Positions 61,219-64,000 of a stretch of 64,000 bases of DNA are shown one piece after another. The stretch's first letter is position 1. Each line of letters opens with the position of its first letter. The position numbers and the translations under genes were made by a program. The stretch is from Spirochaetia bacterium (lineage in GTDB: Bacteria; Spirochaetota; Spirochaetia; SZUA-6; Bin103): the NCBI GenBank assembly GCA_965198005.1, contig CBDAOI010000002.1, positions 128,001 through 192,000 of the forward strand, read 5' to 3'. The notes beneath the pieces were generated by a model. The model searched no databases. It was given only the letters and a program-made list of their open reading frames with translations, and was not told the DNA's origin.

Positions 61219-62115
61219 TCAATGGATGATGGCGTGTTCCTCGAAGATCGGTTGCATGGTCTGGTCGGCGAGCATGGCGGCCATGTCGGCGTCGGAGGGA
61301 CGGGGGGCCGGGGCTTCGGCGGCCTCCAGGACCAGCGGCAGGCGGTCTATGTCGGCCATGGTGTTGATGAAGGCGGGGGCGTAGCTCAGGGCGTAGGCCA
61401 CGGCGCGGGCGATGTCCTCGGGTGAGTCGAGCGGCTCGTACCAGGGGCCGCCACCGCGTGGACGGCCGCCCCAGGGACGGCGTGCCACCGACTTGATGAG
61501 CTGCACCGCCACGTTGCGCTCGACGCACAGCGCCTTGAGGCGCATGAAGTCGCCGTAGTAGCGCGGGTCCGTGGCCAGCACGTAGTTCATCGGCAGCAGT
61601 ACGGCGTCGAAGGGGAAGCGCCCCAGGCTGCGCAGGTGCATGCGCGCCACGGCCAGGCCATGACCGGTCACGCCGATGAAGCGCACGATGCCCCGCTCGC
61701 GCGCGGCGACCAGCTCCTCCAAGGCTCCGCCGGGGCCCATGGCGGCAGCCCATCCCTCTTCATCGGTGAGGTTGTGCAACTGGATCAGGTCGATGGTGTC
61801 GGCGCGCAGCCGGCGGCGCGACAGTTCCAACTGGGCGCGCGCCCCTGCCGCCGTGCGCTGGTCGGTCTTGGTGGCCAGGAAGAAGCGGTCGCGATGCTGC
61901 TCCATCCAGGCGCCGATCAGCACCTCGGAGTTGCCCGTGCCGTAGCTGTGCGCGGTGTCGACGTGGTTGACGCCGTGGTGCAGCAGGAGCTCGAGGACGC
62001 GATCGGCGTCGGACGCAGTGGACTCCGGGCTGAAGGCGGCCCCTCCGAACAGGGTCAACGTGCTGTGGTGACCGGTGACGCCGAACGGTTGGATGGGGAT
62101 CATGGTGGGAGCCAT
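61219..62115 (-). CDS. aldo/keto reductase
   Basis: GVNHVDTAHSYG, LATK, IDLIQLH, RFIGVTGH. Confidence 0.9.
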   Translation of the reverse strand: MAPTMIPIQPFGVTGHHSTLTLFGGAAFSPESTASDADRVLELLLHHGVNHVDTAHSYGTGNSEVLIGAWMEQHRDRFFLATKTDQRTAAGARAQLELSRRRLRADTIDLIQLHNLTDEEGWAAAMGPGGALEELVAARERGIVRFIGVTGHGLAVARMHLRSLGRFPFDAVLLPMNYVLATDPRYYGDFMRLKALCVERNVAVQLIKSVARRPWGGRPRGGGPWYEPLDSPEDIARAVAYALSYAPAFINTMADIDRLPLVLEAAEAPAPRPSDADMAAMLADQTMQPIFEEHAIIH

Positions 62116-62211
62116 GATCGCAACAAACTCGATCCGCGTCGAGCAGACCAGCCACGACCCACGTTTCAAGATCGATCATACCGCTATGCCAGTAATCGAG
62201 GCCGGCAGGGC

Positions 62212-62487
62212 ATGAAGGTGCGCTCAGCGCAGTTGATCGGCCACGCGGTCAGGTTCCACCGGCGGAGCAGTGGGCTCAGTCAGCATGGGCTGGCCGATCT
62301 TGCCGGAATCGGCAAGACCTCGGTGTTCGACATCGAGCATGGGAAGCCCACGGTACGCCTGGCGACGCTCATGGCGGTGCTGCGCGTGCTCAACGTCGAT
62401 CTGCTGCTGGATGGGCCGCTGATGACGGAGTGCGGTGCCGCGCTGAGCGCCCGGCGCGGGGAGCCGGCCGAGGAGAACCGGCAATGA
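62212..62487 (+). CDS. hipB: HipB-like XRE HTH regulator
   Basis: RRSSGLSQHGLADLAGIGKTSVFDIEHGK. Confidence 0.85.
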   Translation: MKVRSAQLIGHAVRFHRRSSGLSQHGLADLAGIGKTSVFDIEHGKPTVRLATLMAVLRVLNVDLLLDGPLMTECGAALSARRGEPAEENRQ

Positions 62488-62795
62488 GGACGGCCACGGT
62501 CTACGTCATGGGCAAGGCGGCGGGGTTGCTCGAGGAACAGGAAGGAGGGCGCTTCCTGTTCCGCTACCGCGATACGTATGCCGGGCACCCGGTGTCGCTC
62601 TCGATGCCGGTCTCGAGGCGCGAGCACCGGTTCGATCGGTTTCCGCCCTTCTTCGAAGGACTGCTGCCGGAGGGAGAGATGCTGGAGGGGTTGCTGCGCC
62701 AGCGGAAGCTCGACCGAGACGACCTGTTTGCGCAGCTTCTGGCGGTCGGGGAGGATGTGGTCGGGGCGGTAACCATCACCGCGGGGACGGCTTGA
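62484..62795 (+). CDS. HipA N-terminal-domain protein (HipS-like)
   Basis: FLFRY..VSLSMPV..FPPFFEGLLPEG..DVVGAV; ATGA overlap. Confidence 0.88.
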   Translation: MRTATVYVMGKAAGLLEEQEGGRFLFRYRDTYAGHPVSLSMPVSRREHRFDRFPPFFEGLLPEGEMLEGLLRQRKLDRDDLFAQLLAVGEDVVGAVTITAGTA

Positions 62796-62938
62796 ACCGC
62801 TGTCCCATCACGTACGCACCATGTGGCGATGAGCGGTACTCGCGTGCGGGGTTGCGCTCGCTGTCGCCCAATCTGAAGTCGCTCAACGACTTTCCGTACG
62901 ACGCGGAACGCCAGCGACGGGAGGCACTGGTTACATAG
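62792..62938 (+). pseudogene. HipA/HipT kinase toxin, truncated at 48 aa
   Basis: (M)NRCPITY..YSRAGLRSLSPNL..QRREA then TAG; kinase domain absent. Confidence 0.7.
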
Positions 62939-63489
62939 CTTGAGACAGTCGATTTGAGCGGCAAACGAGACCTTGGCCGATCTTCCAGACTCCCTTATCG
63001 CGGAACGGGGGAAATGGTCTGTCGCTGAGCGCCGTTGGTCAGCGCGGGACGTTGCGGTAGGCTACATACATGGAACCGCTCGGCCGGTCCGTGTCGTCAA
63101 GGCGATAGATCAGGAGGAAATCACCACCGACATGGCATTCCCGGTAGCGCGCCCACGAGCCTCTGAGCGCGTGCTCCCTCCGTTCGGGAGTCAACCCGGC
63201 GCGGCAGGTTGGCCCGTTTACTGGCCGCTGGCTTCTTCAAGTTCCGCAAACATCTCGTCCGCGCTCGCGAATCGCGCCTTGCGCGTCTTCACCATCTCAG
63301 CATCGAACTCTGTGTCTTCATCCGAGCCTCCTGTATCGCATTTGCGACATAAGCTGTCATACCGGCGCGATCCAGTCAACGCGATGCGGTCAGGCAACCG
63401 TCCTGTCGCCCGCCTTCGTGCCATGTTTGGCCCTTTGACCGGGACCCGCCGGCAGGGGTAGGTTCGATGCGGCGCGAGGCGCCGGCGCC

Positions 63490-64000
63490 ATGTGCTATGC
63501 CCCTGACTCCGATCTGGTCGAGCGTGTCATCCTCCGGTGCGTGGTCGGCTCGCGCGCCTACGGACTTGAGCGGGAGGGCTCCGACACCGATCGCCGCGGC
63601 GTGTACCTGCCGCCCGCCGATCTGCACTGGTCGCTGGCGGGGGCGCCGCCGCAACTGCAGAACGACGCCACCCAGGAGGTGTATTGGGAGCTCCGGAAGT
63701 TCATTACGCTCGCCTTGAAAGCCAATCCGAACGTTCTGGAGTGTCTCTATACGCCGCTGGTGGAGACTGCCACGCCGCTGGGCGAGGAACTGCTCGCCAT
63801 GAAGGGGTGCTTTCTCTCCAAGCTGGTGCACCAGACCTACACGCACTACGTGGAGGCGCAGTTCAGGCGCATGCAGTCCGCGCTGCGCAATCGGGGTGAG
63901 GTGAAGTGGAGGCACGCGATGCACCTGCTGCGACTGCTGCTGTCCGGCATCACGGTGCTGCAGGAGGGTGTCGTCGCCGTCGACGTGAGCGAGCACCGGG
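63490..64000 (+). CDS. RlaP/Nuc-transf-type nucleotidyltransferase, partial (runs off right edge)
   Basis: Manually translated: VVGSRAYGLEREGSDTDRRGVY, WELRKF..KANPNVLE, HAMHLLRLL. Confidence 0.85.
   Translation, partial: MCYAPDSDLVERVILRCVVGSRAYGLEREGSDTDRRGVYLPPADLHWSLAGAPPQLQNDATQEVYWELRKFITLALKANPNVLECLYTPLVETATPLGEELLAMKGCFLSKLVHQTYTHYVEAQFRRMQSALRNRGEVKWRHAMHLLRLLLSGITVLQEGVVAVDVSEHR

Noticed and set aside
63218-63330. RelB/DinJ-like antitoxin
   Set aside because: Only a C-terminal-like scrap (FASADEMFAELE) with no credible start.

Overview
High-GC (about 65%), heavily rearranged accessory/defence region with no rRNA, tRNA or CRISPR array visible. The left third (1-20.6 kb) is a defence island. 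It carries an XRE-HTH/Mrr-like/STAND-NTPase gene that runs off the left edge and is absent from the ORF track, an OB-fold/SF1 helicase/Vsr-like nuclease, Mrr, and an intact type III Mod with only fragmentary Res. It also holds several TA modules and an ABC-ATPase + DUF4276 + RelE-UvrD operon with the helicase frameshifted. A unit of SHMT-family enzyme (2-methylserine hydroxymethyltransferase-like), EEP nuclease, UvrD fragment and wHTH-NDT effector recurs two to three times (about 23.7-28.4, 42.4-46.6 and 52.2-54.5 kb). Between the copies lie a 5'-truncated group II intron nested in another intron's 3' end, an IS66 nested in an ISNCY-like element, a peptide ABC operon without ATPases, and a dual-OB + 2x DUF488 operon. 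The right end has a 5.25-kb IS21 element with a target-site duplication (TSD), a HipBST-like module with truncated toxin and a partial RlaP-type nucleotidyltransferase. Diverged fragments of Res, Mod, UvrD and ABC ATPase repeatedly bracket intact cargo genes, suggesting stacked alleles of one defence hotspot. All family calls come from motif recognition by eye, not database searches, and pseudogene-fragment boundaries are approximate.
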